Below are positions 19,800 to 30,767 of a stretch of 64,000 nucleotides of DNA, one piece after another. Positions within the stretch are counted from its first letter, which is position 1; each line of letters begins with the position of its first letter. The notes under the pieces were generated by a model, which was not told the origin of the DNA, did not search any database, and worked only from the letters and a program-made list of their open reading frames with translations. Position numbers and translations under genes: made by a program. Origin of the DNA: Alphaproteobacteria bacterium (GTDB lineage Bacteria > Pseudomonadota > Alphaproteobacteria > GCA-2731375); assembly GCA_021776235.1 (NCBI GenBank), contig JAJFGG010000066.1, positions 26,904 to 90,903 on the forward strand, in the 5' to 3' direction.

Positions 19800-21881
19800 A
19801 TGAACGTAAAGCCGGAAATTCACTTTAGTGCCTGCCCACACGATTGCCCGTCGACCTGCGCGCTTGAGGTGGAGAAGTTGGATACCCATACCATAGGCCG
19901 TGTCCGCGGCGCGAAAGACAATGGTTACACGGCAGGCGTGATCTGCGGCAAGGTGGCGCGATACGCCGAGCGTATCCATCATCCCGATCGATTGACCCAG
20001 CCTTTGCGGCGCAAGGGAGCCAAAGGCTCCGGTGTTTTTGCGCCCATTCCATGGGATGACGCTCTGGATGAAGTCGCGGAAGGCTTGCTTCGGGCAGAGC
20101 AAAAGCATGGCACGGAGGCCGTTTGGCCTTATTTCTACGCGGGCACCATGGGCTTGGTGATGCGGGACGGAATTCACCGTCTTCGCCACGCCAAGAAATA
20201 TTCGGGCATGCATGCAACCATTTGCGTGACCTCGGCCTGGAACGGTTTCATTGCGGGCACCGGACGCCTGGCCGGCGCGGATCCGCGTGAAATGGCCCAG
20301 TCCGACTGTTTGGTGATTTGGGGCACCAATCCGGTCAATACCCAAGTCAATGTCATGACCCATGCCAGCAGCGCCCGCAAGAAGCGGGGCACCAAAATCG
20401 TTCATATTGATACCTACCGCAATGGCACGGCGGAACAGGCTGATCTGTTCCTCTGTGTGCGTCCAGGCACCGATGGGGCGTTGGCCTGCGCGGTAATGCA
20501 TGTCCTGTTTCGCGATGACTTGGCAAACAGAGAATACCTGGAAAAATATACCGACTGCCCAGCCAGGCTGGAGGCGCATTTGCGGGACAAAACACCAGAA
20601 TGGGCGGAAGCCATCAGTGGTGTGCCGGTCGCCGATATCGAGGCCTTCGCAAAATTGGTCGGCGAAACACCAAAGACCTACTTTCGCCTGGGCTATGGCT
20701 TTTCAAGGCAGCGCAACGGCGTCGTGAATATGCATGCAGCGTCTTGTATTGCTGCCGTCACCGGCGCCTGGCTGGAAGAAGGCGGCGGCGCCTTTCACAA
20801 CAACGGCGCCATCTATCATTGGGACAAAAGCATGATCGAGGGGCTTGATGTCCTGGACCCGTCTATACGGGTCTTGGATCAGTCACGCATCGGCCCGGTG
20901 CTGACCGGCGACCGCCGTGATCTGGGCGATGGTCCCCCCGTAACGGCGTTGTTCATTCAAAACACCAACCCCATGCGCGTGGCGCCGGATCATAATCTGG
21001 TGCGCCAGGGCTTTGCCAGAGAGGACCTGTTTGTCTGTGTGCACGAACAATTTCTGACGGAAACCGCCCAGGCGGCGGATATCGTCCTGCCGGCCACCAT
21101 GTTCCTGGAACATGACGATTTGTATCAGGGAGGAGGCCATCAATACATTACCTTGGGCCCCAAGGTGGTCGAGGCGCCGGGCGAATGCCGGTCCAATCAC
21201 CAAGTGATAAATGAACTGGCCAAGCGCCTGGGCGCGGAACATGCAGGTTTCGATATGACGGCCTGGGAATTGATTGATTGGACGTTGCAGGCATCGGGCT
21301 GGGGTGATGCGGAAACCCTGCGCGAACAGCGCTGGATTGATTGTCAGCCCGAATTCGCCAGGGCGCATTATATTGACGGCTTTGCCCATCCGGACGGGAA
21401 GTTCCGCTTTGCCCCCAATTGGACGGGTGTGTTGCCCCATGGCTTTGGCCCCGATGGATCGGCCAGCGAGATGCCGGCCTTGCCTGATCATTGGCCGGTC
21501 ATTGAAGAAGCAACCGAGGCCATGCCGTTCCGTCTGGTAACCGCGCCGGCCCGCAGTTACCTGAATTCTTCCTTCACCGAGACGCCGACCTCGATCGCAC
21601 GCGAGGGAAAACCGACGGTCATGCTGCATCCCAGCGATGCTGCTACGCTGGGTGTTGATAATGACGACGTCGTCCATCTGGGCAATGATCGCGGCGAGGT
21701 GCCGATAGCCGTGGAAATTTTCGATGGGGTGCAGCCGGGCGTGGTGGTGGTCGAAAGCATTTGGCCAAACGCAGCTTTTGCCGGCGGCCGGGGCATCAAT
21801 GTTCTTACGGGCGCCGACCCGGTGGCGCCGGTTGGCGGGGCCGCATTTCACGACAACCGAATATGGATCAAACCGGCCTGA
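19800..21881 (+). CDS. Molybdopterin oxidoreductase family protein
   Basis: CPHDCPSTC..ICGK Fe-S motif, RPGTDGALA, ADIVLPA, YLNS, C-terminal MGD-binding domain. Confidence 0.9.
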   Translation: MNVKPEIHFSACPHDCPSTCALEVEKLDTHTIGRVRGAKDNGYTAGVICGKVARYAERIHHPDRLTQPLRRKGAKGSGVFAPIPWDDALDEVAEGLLRAEQKHGTEAVWPYFYAGTMGLVMRDGIHRLRHAKKYSGMHATICVTSAWNGFIAGTGRLAGADPREMAQSDCLVIWGTNPVNTQVNVMTHASSARKKRGTKIVHIDTYRNGTAEQADLFLCVRPGTDGALACAVMHVLFRDDLANREYLEKYTDCPARLEAHLRDKTPEWAEAISGVPVADIEAFAKLVGETPKTYFRLGYGFSRQRNGVVNMHAASCIAAVTGAWLEEGGGAFHNNGAIYHWDKSMIEGLDVLDPSIRVLDQSRIGPVLTGDRRDLGDGPPVTALFIQNTNPMRVAPDHNLVRQGFAREDLFVCVHEQFLTETAQAADIVLPATMFLEHDDLYQGGGHQYITLGPKVVEAPGECRSNHQVINELAKRLGAEHAGFDMTAWELIDWTLQASGWGDAETLREQRWIDCQPEFARAHYIDGFAHPDGKFRFAPNWTGVLPHGFGPDGSASEMPALPDHWPVIEEATEAMPFRLVTAPARSYLNSSFTETPTSIAREGKPTVMLHPSDAATLGVDNDDVVHLGNDRGEVPIAVEIFDGVQPGVVVVESIWPNAAFAGGRGINVLTGADPVAPVGGAAFHDNRIWIKPA

Positions 21882-21915
21882 CGACCCTTGAACCTACTGC
21901 TCGAAGGAGGATGTT

Positions 21916-22842
21916 ATGAGCCAGATCGAAACCGTATCGGAAAGCCATAGCCCGCTTGCGAACGGCGTCGCATTTGTTGACGGAGACTTTATGCCCGTTG
22001 CCGAGGCGCGGATTCCCCTGTCCGATTGGGGTTTCCTGCACTCGGATGTGACCTATGACGTGGTTGCGGTCTGGGGCGGCGGTTTCTTTCGCCTCGCGGA
22101 CCATTTGGACCGATTCTTTCGCGGCATTGGGAAACTGCATATGCAGTCGCCTTACGACCGCGATGAAGTGGCCGCAATATTGGCCGAGTGCGTGCGCCGC
22201 GCCAGCTTGCGCGAGGCCTACGTCAAAGCCATCTTGACCCGGGGCACGCCACCCGCCGGCAGCCGTGACCCCCGGGATTGTGATAATCGTTTCTATGCCT
22301 TGGCGATTCCCTATGTCTGGATTGCCTCGCCGGAAAAACAAGAACAGGGCCTGCATCTAACGGTCAGCAGCGTACCCCGTATCGCGCCGGAATCGGTTGA
22401 TCCGACCGTAAAGAATTTTCACTGGGGCGATATGGTTCAAGGCCTTTTTGAGGCCTATGACCGGGGCCGCGAAACACCCGTGCTGACCGATGGCAAGGGC
22501 AATATCACGGAAGGACCCGGCTTCAATCTGTTCGCCAGTTTTGGCGGGCGATTGATCACGCCGGCCAGCGGTGTCCTATTGGGCATCACCCGAATGACCG
22601 TGATCGAACTGGCCCAGTCCCTTAACGTCAAAGTCGATGTGGGCGTTTTGCCGGAGGCTGAGTTGCGCCAGGCCGACGAGATTTTTCTCTCCAGTACCGC
22701 CGGCGGCGTGATGCCTGTGACCCGTCTGGACGGCGTCCTTGTCGGCGACGGCAGTCCGGGACCCCTGACCCAGCGCTTGCGCCAGATGTACTGGGACGCC
22801 CATGACGACGACAAGTACGTTACGCGGATCGACTATGATTAG
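21916..22842 (+). CDS. Fold-type IV PLP aminotransferase, (R)-amine transaminase-like
   Basis: DWGFLHSDVTYDV, RLADHLDRF, VKNFHWGD, EGPGFN, LLGITR, STAGG. Confidence 0.8.
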   Translation: MSQIETVSESHSPLANGVAFVDGDFMPVAEARIPLSDWGFLHSDVTYDVVAVWGGGFFRLADHLDRFFRGIGKLHMQSPYDRDEVAAILAECVRRASLREAYVKAILTRGTPPAGSRDPRDCDNRFYALAIPYVWIASPEKQEQGLHLTVSSVPRIAPESVDPTVKNFHWGDMVQGLFEAYDRGRETPVLTDGKGNITEGPGFNLFASFGGRLITPASGVLLGITRMTVIELAQSLNVKVDVGVLPEAELRQADEIFLSSTAGGVMPVTRLDGVLVGDGSPGPLTQRLRQMYWDAHDDDKYVTRIDYD

Positions 22843-24043
22843 CGGCCGCTAACGGTCCGCTTAGGGCCAGGGCCAGGGGTATCGTGGTCAAGGCGAACAA
22901 ACCGACCACGGCCATGGTTTGAGGTACGCCGTACAGGTCGCTAAGGACACCAAATACGGTTGGCGAAATGGCCCAGGCCCCGATCGTCAGGGTCATGAAC
23001 AGGCCGAAGCCACGGCCATGGCGCTCCGGCGCGACAAATTCCGCCACGCTGGCGTAAAGCACCGACGATGTTCCGTTCAAGGCGACGCCCACTGCCGGCA
23101 ATAGGATCAGGGCAGCTTCCAAGGGCAAGGGCAAAAGCAGCAAAATGCCGCCACCGGTTGCCAGTTCACTCAATACGGCAGTTCGCACAATCCCCAGGCG
23201 TTCGGCAATCAGGCCACAAATCAGCTTGCCGGCGGCGCCACCGGCGAAGGTTAGAACCAGCGCGAAGCCGATGGTTTCGATTTCCGCTCCCTTGCTCAAC
23301 AGCAGGAATGGTAAAAATGTCATGAAACCGGCCCGACTGGCGCCGTCGATCATTGAGGTCGCCGACAGCAGCGCAAAGCCGCGGCGCTGGCGTATGCCCC
23401 AGTCGCCTGGATTTCCAGTTGCCGTTTCGCCAATTTTGGCTTGGGGTAGGCTGCGGGGATGGCCCCCGGCGCCCAAGAATCGGAATAGAAGCAAGACACC
23501 GAGCGCCGCAACTATTCCAAATCCGCCATAGCCGGTGGTTATATAGCGCCAATCCAGGGTCGCCAGGGCCAAGGCAGCCAGACCCGGGACCGCCATTTTT
23601 CCCAGATCACCAGAGAAATTATAGATCCCCAGCGCGGCGCGGCGGGGACCATCCTCATAGGCCCGGGCGACGATGGTGGAGTTCAAGGGGTGCTGTGTAC
23701 TGGCGCCGACGCCCGCTATGGCCAGCGCCACCGCCAGTCCCAGGGCACCGCCGGCAAAGTCCAAAAGGCAAAACCCCAATCCGGCCAATGCGGTGCCAAG
23801 CACCAGGATGCGCCGTTCCCCCCAGCGTTCCGATGCCAGTCCGGCGGGCAGTTGACCAACGGTCATGGCGCCAGAAAAGGTGGAGGAAATGGCGCCGACC
23901 TGGCTCAGGCTAAGCGTAAATTCCGCCTGCCAGATAGGCAGCAACAGGATGATGAGGTCCGCAAAACCGTCATGGATAAAATGGGTCGTGCAAGAGGCAC
24001 CGAGGATTCGCCGGCGCCGCGGTACATCGGGTAAAGCTACCAC
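22820..24043 (-). CDS. MFS transporter (FSR-like)
   Basis: HFIHDG, ASERWGERR, TQHP, NFSGDLGK; 12 TM pattern. Confidence 0.82.
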   Translation of the reverse strand: MVALPDVPRRRRILGASCTTHFIHDGFADLIILLLPIWQAEFTLSLSQVGAISSTFSGAMTVGQLPAGLASERWGERRILVLGTALAGLGFCLLDFAGGALGLAVALAIAGVGASTQHPLNSTIVARAYEDGPRRAALGIYNFSGDLGKMAVPGLAALALATLDWRYITTGYGGFGIVAALGVLLLFRFLGAGGHPRSLPQAKIGETATGNPGDWGIRQRRGFALLSATSMIDGASRAGFMTFLPFLLLSKGAEIETIGFALVLTFAGGAAGKLICGLIAERLGIVRTAVLSELATGGGILLLLPLPLEAALILLPAVGVALNGTSSVLYASVAEFVAPERHGRGFGLFMTLTIGAWAISPTVFGVLSDLYGVPQTMAVVGLFALTTIPLALALSGPLAAANHSRSA

Positions 24044-24843
24044 TTGGCCCCTGGCGGCCGCTCCAAGGTATCGAGGAACCGCAAAACATGGGCATGCAGC
24101 GCCGGGCCCGCGCTGATCACCGATTTGTGCCGCAGGTCCTGTTGGTTATATCTGAAATCCTGACCATGGGAGTTGGTGTTGACGCCACCGGCTTCCGCCA
24201 GGATCAATTCCGCCGCGGCGATATCCCAATCGCTCTTCCCCGATAGCGAGATGCAGGCGTCGTATCGGCCTTCGGCGACAAGGCACATGCGGTAGGCAAT
24301 CGAATTGACCATGTGGATGGTTACCTGTGCGGGTTTGTGGTCGGAGCCGGTGTTCCTGAACAAGTGCCGGCCGGTCAAAAGACGCGCCCCTTCAAAGCCC
24401 GTCGCTGCGCTGACGCGAATGGGTCTTCCGTTCAAGCGGGCGCCGCCGCCCAGCACTGCATCGTAGAATTCTTCGGTGGCAGGATTAAAAACCGCAGCGG
24501 CCAGCGGACGGCCATCGCGCACCAGGGCCGCGCAGACCGTAAATTCCGCGCGTTGTTGGATAAATGCCCGGGTGCCATCAATCGGGTCCACGACCCAGAC
24601 GTCACTGCAATCAAGGCGTTTGGGATCGTCTTCGGTTTCCTCGGATAACCAACCGTAGGTGGGCCGCTCGCCCAGCAGTTTTCCGCGCAACAGGTCATCC
24701 ACCGCATGATCCGCTTCGGATACCGGATCGTCCGGTCCTTTTTGCCAATGCTTTACGCCGTCATGGAAGTAGCTGAGTGCCAGCCTGCCGCCTTCGCGTA
24801 CCGTTTCCAGCAACAAGGCGTAATCCTGTTCCAGTTGGCTCAC
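24037..24843 (-). CDS. cysQ: CysQ/inositol monophosphatase family protein
   Basis: WLSEE, WVVDPIDGTRAF, WDIAAA. Confidence 0.8.
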   Translation of the reverse strand: MSQLEQDYALLLETVREGGRLALSYFHDGVKHWQKGPDDPVSEADHAVDDLLRGKLLGERPTYGWLSEETEDDPKRLDCSDVWVVDPIDGTRAFIQQRAEFTVCAALVRDGRPLAAAVFNPATEEFYDAVLGGGARLNGRPIRVSAATGFEGARLLTGRHLFRNTGSDHKPAQVTIHMVNSIAYRMCLVAEGRYDACISLSGKSDWDIAAAELILAEAGGVNTNSHGQDFRYNQQDLRHKSVISAGPALHAHVLRFLDTLERPPGAKW

Positions 24844-26195
24844 GTCCCAGCCACCATTAAACCGTCGATACGCAACGTGGGCGCATTGCTGCCGTAGCGG
24901 AAGGTCAAATCGTCCGCGGGGGTTATATTCAAAAACATATCTTTCAGGTTTCCGGCGATGGTCAATTCAGACACCGGGTGGGTCAGGGCGCCATTCTCAA
25001 TCCAGAAGCCAGAGGCGCCACGGCTGTAGTCGCCGGTGACGCCATTGACGCCAAAACCAATGAGTTCCGAGACGTATAGACCGGTGGCAACACCGGCCAG
25101 CAGCTCTTCCCGGCTGCAGGCGCCGGGCTGCATATACAGATTTGTCGTACTTGGTGATGGCGGACCCGAGGTGCCGCGGCTGGCATGGCCGGTGGTTGCC
25201 AGGCCCAATTGCCGGGCCGACGCTGAATCCATGATCCAGGTCATCAGTTCACCGTTATCGACCAACAACCATTCCCGGTTTGCCACGCCTTCACCATCAA
25301 AAGGCTTTGATGCCAGGCCCCGTGGTCGATGGGGATCGTCGACAATGGATATGCCGTCCGCGAATACCTTCTTGCCCAGACTGCTCTTCAGGAACGAGGT
25401 GCCGCGGGCCACTGAAATGCCGCTAACGGCGCTTGTGAAATGGCCAAGCATCGAGTGAGCGACGCGGGGGTCGAAAATCACCGGTATTTTCTGGCTTTCG
25501 ACCTTGCGTGGGTTCAGGCGCCCAAGAGCCCGCTCGCCCGCGGCCGTGCCGACGACCGCGGCCTTGGCGAGATCGGCGGCATGGTGGGCAGAGGTGAAAT
25601 CATAATCCCGTTCCATTTTTGTACCTTCACCCGCGATGACGGATGCGAACAGCGAGTGAGATGACGAGGCATAACCGCCCGAAAAGCCGTTCGAAGTGAC
25701 CAAGGCAATGCGGCTACTGCCCCAGCTGGCGCCGGCGCTCTCGGAATTGCTGACCCCCTCAACCGCCAGGGCGGCCGTTTCCGCCTCCGCTGCCATGTCG
25801 TACAGTACTTCCGGTGTTGGCTCCTGGTCGTCGTAGAGGTCAAGGTCGGGAATGTCCCTGCACAGGCGATCGGTTTCCGCCAGACCGCAATACGGGTCGT
25901 CAGGCATGGCGGCCGCCATGGCAAGACCGCGCTGGAGCAATTCTTCCAAGCTGACCGGGGAAATATCGGTCGAGGAAACGATAGCCTGTTTCTGGCCAAG
26001 AAAGATGCGAAGGCCAAGATCCTTGCTCTCTGATCTCTCCAAATCCTCGCGCGCGCCCAGTCGATAGCTGACTTCGAGCGAAGCGGAATTAAACAGAACC
26101 GCGTCGGCGGCCTCTGCCCCGGCCCGTTTCGCCTTGGCGACAAGTTCGGACAACAGATCCAGGTCGTTGGCCGTATCGGCCGGCAGTTGGCTCAT
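24840..26195 (-). CDS. pmbA: TldD/PmbA family protein
   Basis: MERDY, FDGEG, GVNGVTGDYSRGASG, ELTIAGNL; start at ATG 26195 (MSQLPAD). Confidence 0.88.
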   Translation of the reverse strand: MSQLPADTANDLDLLSELVAKAKRAGAEAADAVLFNSASLEVSYRLGAREDLERSESKDLGLRIFLGQKQAIVSSTDISPVSLEELLQRGLAMAAAMPDDPYCGLAETDRLCRDIPDLDLYDDQEPTPEVLYDMAAEAETAALAVEGVSNSESAGASWGSSRIALVTSNGFSGGYASSSHSLFASVIAGEGTKMERDYDFTSAHHAADLAKAAVVGTAAGERALGRLNPRKVESQKIPVIFDPRVAHSMLGHFTSAVSGISVARGTSFLKSSLGKKVFADGISIVDDPHRPRGLASKPFDGEGVANREWLLVDNGELMTWIMDSASARQLGLATTGHASRGTSGPPSPSTTNLYMQPGACSREELLAGVATGLYVSELIGFGVNGVTGDYSRGASGFWIENGALTHPVSELTIAGNLKDMFLNITPADDLTFRYGSNAPTLRIDGLMVAGT

Positions 26196-26345
26196 GCCGT
26201 ATCCCCGCGGTTGGACAATTTCCGTTGCGCTCTGTATAGGCTTTCTGCGTCGCTTTTGCGACTGCTGCCCCATCAAATTGGAAAAATTTGTCACAGTTGA
26301 AACCGCTTGGCGTAAAATTTGCGTAAATATGCTCCTGTGCCTGCG

Positions 26346-26521
26346 ATGCCCATGGAGGAATTTCTTTCGGGCATGGCGGCGAACCGCGGCATTCCGCCGG
26401 GCCGTCTGGGTACAGCGCAAGAATTCGCCAACATGGCTTACTTTTTTTGGCTTCCGATGCCGGCGCCCACGTCACCGGAACGGCGGTCAATGCTGATTGC
26501 GGATTTTTGCCCGCAGTGTGA
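26346..26521 (+). pseudogene. C-terminal remnant of a short-chain dehydrogenase/reductase, frameshifted
   Basis: IPPGRLGTAQEFANMAYF, then after a frameshift in T7 (26442-26448) LASDAGAHVTGTAVNADCG; no N-terminal Rossmann fold upstream. Confidence 0.7.
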
Positions 26522-26548
26522 GTGGGACAGGAGATCCGCAGCAAGTTG

Positions 26549-26713
26549 CTAAAAATCCGAGACGATACCCTTGCGTTCCCAATCGCCATAGCGGGTTGGC
26601 TCAAGACCCTTGGGGCCGCCGATTTCCGCCGCTGGTTTTTGCTTTTCCGTGGCCGGTTCCGGCTCAACCTTGTTTTCACCGGCTTTTTTTGAAGTCGTCG
26701 ATTTCGTTGCCAT
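26549..26713 (-). CDS. DUF1674 / SDHAF4-like small protein (54 aa)
   Basis: Manual translation ...EIGGPKGLEPTRYGDWERKGIVSDF*; below the ORF-track cut-off; usual position divergent from rsmB. Confidence 0.88.
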   Translation of the reverse strand: MATKSTTSKKAGENKVEPEPATEKQKPAAEIGGPKGLEPTRYGDWERKGIVSDF

Positions 26714-26864
26714 CTAACGCGTCTCCCGCATGGAATATCTTGCCTGGGACGCGACCGACTTGATTGCGCGACCTGCTTGGTATTGCATGACCAGCAGGCT
26801 AGAACCTACCAGTGTCTGGGAATGGAGGCCAAGCATCAATGGCGCCGGCTGACGGGATCAATAT

Positions 26865-28163
26865 GTGATGAGTGATACGGGGCATCGGTCACGGGCCGCC
26901 GCCATGCGGCTTTTGGGCCAGATTTTGGATCGGCGGCAAATGCTGGATCAGGCTCTGGCGGATGATCTGGAGCCGGGCCGGCGGCTGGCCGGTTTGGCGC
27001 CGCGGGATCGCGCCTTTGCCCGTTTGCTTACGGTGACGGTTCTGCGGCGGCTCGGGCAAATTGACGACGCAATTTCCCGTTGTCTGGACAAACCCTTGAA
27101 CCGTGCCGCGAAACCGGCCCTCAACGCGCTGCGTCTTGCCGGCGCCCAGGCTTTGTTCCTCGGCACCCCGGCCCATGCCGTGGCGGACGGCGCGGTCCGC
27201 CTGATGGCACCCCGCCGCCGCCACCTAAGCGGGTTGGTCAACGCGGTTTCCAGGCGCCTGACGCGCGACGCAGCGGCAATTCTGGCCGGCCAGGATGAGG
27301 TGCGGCTTAACTGCCCGGATTGGCTATGGCTGATTTGGTCAACGGCATATGGCGCAGCGGTCGCACGGCAGATGATCGCCGCCATGCTATTGGAGCCGCC
27401 GTTGGACCTGACCTTCAAAAGTGATGCCGGCGCCTGGGCGCAGATACTGCAGGGAGAGGTTCTGCCCACTGGCACTCTGCGTTGCACGGCGGGCGGGGCG
27501 ATTCAGGAATTACCTGGATTTGAGGCGGGGGAATGGTGGGTCCAGGATACGGCCGCGAGCCTGCCTGTGCATCTGCTGGGTCAGGTCGCGAATCGGGATG
27601 TTTTGGATCTTTGCGCCGCACCGGGCGGAAAAACCGCACAATTGGCGGCGTCGGGTGCGCGGGTTACGGCGATCGATAATGCGCCTAGAAGGCTGGCGTT
27701 GCTGCGGTCAAACCTGGATCGGCTCAATTTGCAGGCTGACGCAATTGTTGCTGACGTTTTGACCTGGCGGCCGCCCAGGCCTTTTGAATTCATACTTTTG
27801 GACGCTCCGTGCAGCGCAACCGGCACCATACGCCGGCATCCCGACATCTGGCATTTGCGCACGCCCGAGGACGTTCGCCAGGCCGCGGCATTGCAGGACC
27901 AGTTGTTGTGGGCCGCGATGGAGATGTTGGCGCCTGGCGGGACGCTGATTTACAGCACCTGCTCTCTTCAGCCCGAAGAATGTGAACAAAGGATAGACGC
28001 ATTATTGGCATCGGGCGCGCCGGTGGCGCGGCGGCCCATTGCCGCGGCGGAGCTGTTTGGTATGGATGATCTGATCACCGCCATTGGCGACTTGCGATCA
28101 TTGCCCCATAACCTGGGCGGCATGGATGGGTTTTATGCCTGTCGTCTCGTGCGCGGCGGATAG
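26865..28163 (+). CDS. rsmB: RsmB/NOP family RNA m5C methyltransferase with NusB-like N-terminus
   Basis: [29 protein letters not shown]. Confidence 0.88.
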   Translation: MMSDTGHRSRAAAMRLLGQILDRRQMLDQALADDLEPGRRLAGLAPRDRAFARLLTVTVLRRLGQIDDAISRCLDKPLNRAAKPALNALRLAGAQALFLGTPAHAVADGAVRLMAPRRRHLSGLVNAVSRRLTRDAAAILAGQDEVRLNCPDWLWLIWSTAYGAAVARQMIAAMLLEPPLDLTFKSDAGAWAQILQGEVLPTGTLRCTAGGAIQELPGFEAGEWWVQDTAASLPVHLLGQVANRDVLDLCAAPGGKTAQLAASGARVTAIDNAPRRLALLRSNLDRLNLQADAIVADVLTWRPPRPFEFILLDAPCSATGTIRRHPDIWHLRTPEDVRQAAALQDQLLWAAMEMLAPGGTLIYSTCSLQPEECEQRIDALLASGAPVARRPIAAAELFGMDDLITAIGDLRSLPHNLGGMDGFYACRLVRGG

Positions 28164-28224
28164 AACAGGTTTGGATGCCCCCTGGCTTGTTGCAGCCAAC
28201 AGGGCAAACTGCTACCTAGCGCTC

Positions 28225-28893
28225 ATGCAGCAATCCACCCGCATCGCTCCGTCAATTCTCTCCGCCGACTTTGCCGCGTTGGGCGATGATGTTCGGGCGG
28301 TGAGCGAGGCCGGCGCCGATTATATTCATATTGATGTCATGGACGGACATTTCGTTCCAAATTTGACCATTGGGCCAGAGGTGATCGCCGCCCTTCGGCC
28401 CTACAGCGATCTGCCATTTGATGTGCACTTGATGATCGACCCGGTGGATCCCTTTATTCCGGCCTTCGCGTCCGCCGGCGCAAATATCATCACGGTTCAC
28501 GTGGAAGCGGGCGCCCATCTGCATCGAACGATCCAACTGATCAAGGATCAGGGCGCACGGGCCGGGTTGGCCCTGAACCCGGGCACGACTGTTTCGGCTG
28601 TGGAGCCGTTGCTAGAGTACCTGGACCTCGTCCTGGTGATGAGCGTCAATCCGGGCTTTGGCGGTCAGTCTTTCATATCGGGCCAATTGGAAAAGATCCG
28701 GCAGTTAAGGGCCCTCATCGATGGCACCGGGCGCACAATTGATTTGCAGGTCGATGGTGGCATCAACGCCTCGAATGCGGCCGATGCGGTTGCTGCGGGG
28801 GCGGATGTTCTGGTGGCCGGCACGGCGACCTTCATCGGCGGCGTGGACCGTTACGCGGCTAATATAGAGGCGCTGCGGGCGATGCCGGCGTAG
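28225..28893 (+). CDS. rpe: Ribulose-phosphate 3-epimerase
   Basis: [36 protein letters not shown]. Confidence 0.95.
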   Translation: MQQSTRIAPSILSADFAALGDDVRAVSEAGADYIHIDVMDGHFVPNLTIGPEVIAALRPYSDLPFDVHLMIDPVDPFIPAFASAGANIITVHVEAGAHLHRTIQLIKDQGARAGLALNPGTTVSAVEPLLEYLDLVLVMSVNPGFGGQSFISGQLEKIRQLRALIDGTGRTIDLQVDGGINASNAADAVAAGADVLVAGTATFIGGVDRYAANIEALRAMPA

Positions 28894-29014
28894 AGCGACT
28901 TTCGATTAGATGGCACTGCAAAGGCTATAGTGGTGATGGCGCCGATTGCTCCAACTCTTACGATCTGGGCTATCGGCCATTGGTACGCTTTTGGACTGGG
29001 AATAGCGCGACGAC

Positions 29015-30652
29015 ATGAATGATGGTTGGAGGCGGCTGAAAAATGCTGGATATCGAACCCGCTTGTACCGTTTCGCCCTGGAACGGCGCCAGATTGAACA
29101 GCTGGAATTTCTACCCCATGACCCCTGGCCCGGCGATCCGAAAGTGGCGGATGAACTGTTCCGGGGCCAGTACCGCTTCGCCGGGCGGGAAGCCAGCGCG
29201 CCGAACCAGCCCCCCTGGCGATTGCGGCCCGACGATCACGAATGGCTCGCCGAGCTGCATGGCTTTGAATGGCTGCGCCATTTCGCCGAATCGGGTGGTG
29301 AGACGGCGCTGGCCCACGCCCGCCGGCTGCTTCGGTCCTGGATAGACCTGTGCCGTGATATCGACCCGGTAACCTGGTCCCCGGGGGTGCTTGGCCAGCG
29401 ACTGACGGCGTGGCTCAGCCATGGGCGATTTCTGTTACAAGGCGCGGATACGGATTTCGCCGATGCCTATTTAGGTTCTCTTGCAGTGCAATGGCTGCAC
29501 TTGCAGCGCACCGCAGGCGATGCGCGGTTTGGCCTCGAACAATTGTCGGCGTTGCTGGGCCTTGTTTATGGCGCCATGTCGTTGCCGGGCGAAGACGGCG
29601 CCGTCACCAGAGGCTTGCGGCAAATCGAACGATTGCTTGAAAATCAAACCATGCAGGACGGCGGCTACAACAGTCGTGCGCCTTCGGATCTGATGACGGT
29701 CTTGCGGCGGTTGATCGCGCTGCGGGGGGCGGTTGGCGATTCTGGGCGGCCTGTTCCCGATTGGCTGCAAACGGCAATCGGCCGGATGGCGCCGTTGCTG
29801 CGGGGGCTGCGCCATGGTGACGGCGGATTGGCGTTGTTCAACGGCGGCATCGAAGAAGATTCTGACAACGTGAACACAACCCTGGTTCGGGCCGACGTGA
29901 AGGGCAAGACGTTGTTGAGCGCTACGCAATCAGGCTTTCAGCGGATGACCGCGGGTAGTGCGCTTCTTTTGACGGATACCGGGGCGCCGCCGGCTGGCGA
30001 ATGGGGCCGTTACGCCCATGCCGGCGGTGGCGGTTTCGAACTTTCCATCGGTAAACGGCGTCTGGTCGTCAATTGTGGCAGTGGTCGCCAGCGTAGCGCC
30101 GAATGGCGCGAGGCAGCCCGGGCGACCGCCGCGCATTCGACGCTGCAGTTCGCGAACGCCAACGCCTGGCCGATTACGGCGGCTGGTGACTTCGGGCCCA
30201 ACCCCAGCCGTCTTCACTGCCGGCGACACGAGGATGAAACCGGCAATACCTGGTTGGAACTGCGTCACGATGGCTATCGCCAGCGTTTTGGGGTGTCACA
30301 CCGCCGGCGGCTGTATCTGGATGCCTCGGGAGGGGATGTTCGGGGCGAAGACCGGTTGGATGCAAATGGCCCGCCGGGCGAGGACATGGAAATCGCCGGG
30401 CGTTCTATTGCCGTCCGATTTCATCTACACCCTGACGTGCAAGCGTCCGCCGTTCACGGTGGCTCTGCCGTCTTGTTGCGATTGGGCGGTGGACAGGGCT
30501 GGCGGTTTCGTGCCGGCGGCGCCGACATCGCCATGGAAGAAAGTGTTTATCTGGGACGCGCCGACCGTATTCGCCGCAGCCAGCAGATCGTCCTCTCGGC
30601 AACCGCGCGGCCCGATGGCAATGTCATCAAATGGGCCTTTCGCCAGGTTTAG
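29015..30652 (+). CDS. Heparinase II/III family protein
   Basis: LHGFEWLRH, HGDGGLALFNG, VVNCG, ATAAHST, RFHLHP; conserved neighbour of rpe/rsmB in Alphaproteobacteria. Confidence 0.82.
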   Translation: MNDGWRRLKNAGYRTRLYRFALERRQIEQLEFLPHDPWPGDPKVADELFRGQYRFAGREASAPNQPPWRLRPDDHEWLAELHGFEWLRHFAESGGETALAHARRLLRSWIDLCRDIDPVTWSPGVLGQRLTAWLSHGRFLLQGADTDFADAYLGSLAVQWLHLQRTAGDARFGLEQLSALLGLVYGAMSLPGEDGAVTRGLRQIERLLENQTMQDGGYNSRAPSDLMTVLRRLIALRGAVGDSGRPVPDWLQTAIGRMAPLLRGLRHGDGGLALFNGGIEEDSDNVNTTLVRADVKGKTLLSATQSGFQRMTAGSALLLTDTGAPPAGEWGRYAHAGGGGFELSIGKRRLVVNCGSGRQRSAEWREAARATAAHSTLQFANANAWPITAAGDFGPNPSRLHCRRHEDETGNTWLELRHDGYRQRFGVSHRRRLYLDASGGDVRGEDRLDANGPPGEDMEIAGRSIAVRFHLHPDVQASAVHGGSAVLLRLGGGQGWRFRAGGADIAMEESVYLGRADRIRRSQQIVLSATARPDGNVIKWAFRQV

Positions 30653-30682
30653 AGTCCTTCCGATTTAGACGGAAACGCCATG

Positions 30683-30752
30683 CCGCCCGCTCCCCCTCCC
30701 GGCCACCCGCCGGGATCATGATCTGTGGGTGGCCGGGAGGGGGAGCGGGCGG
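30683..30752. repeat. 26-bp perfect GC-rich inverted repeat between convergent genes
   Basis: CCGCCCGCTCCCCCTCCCGGCCACCC (30683-30708) / its reverse complement (30727-30752). Confidence 0.8.
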
Positions 30753-30767
30753 TTCAGTGATTCGACG

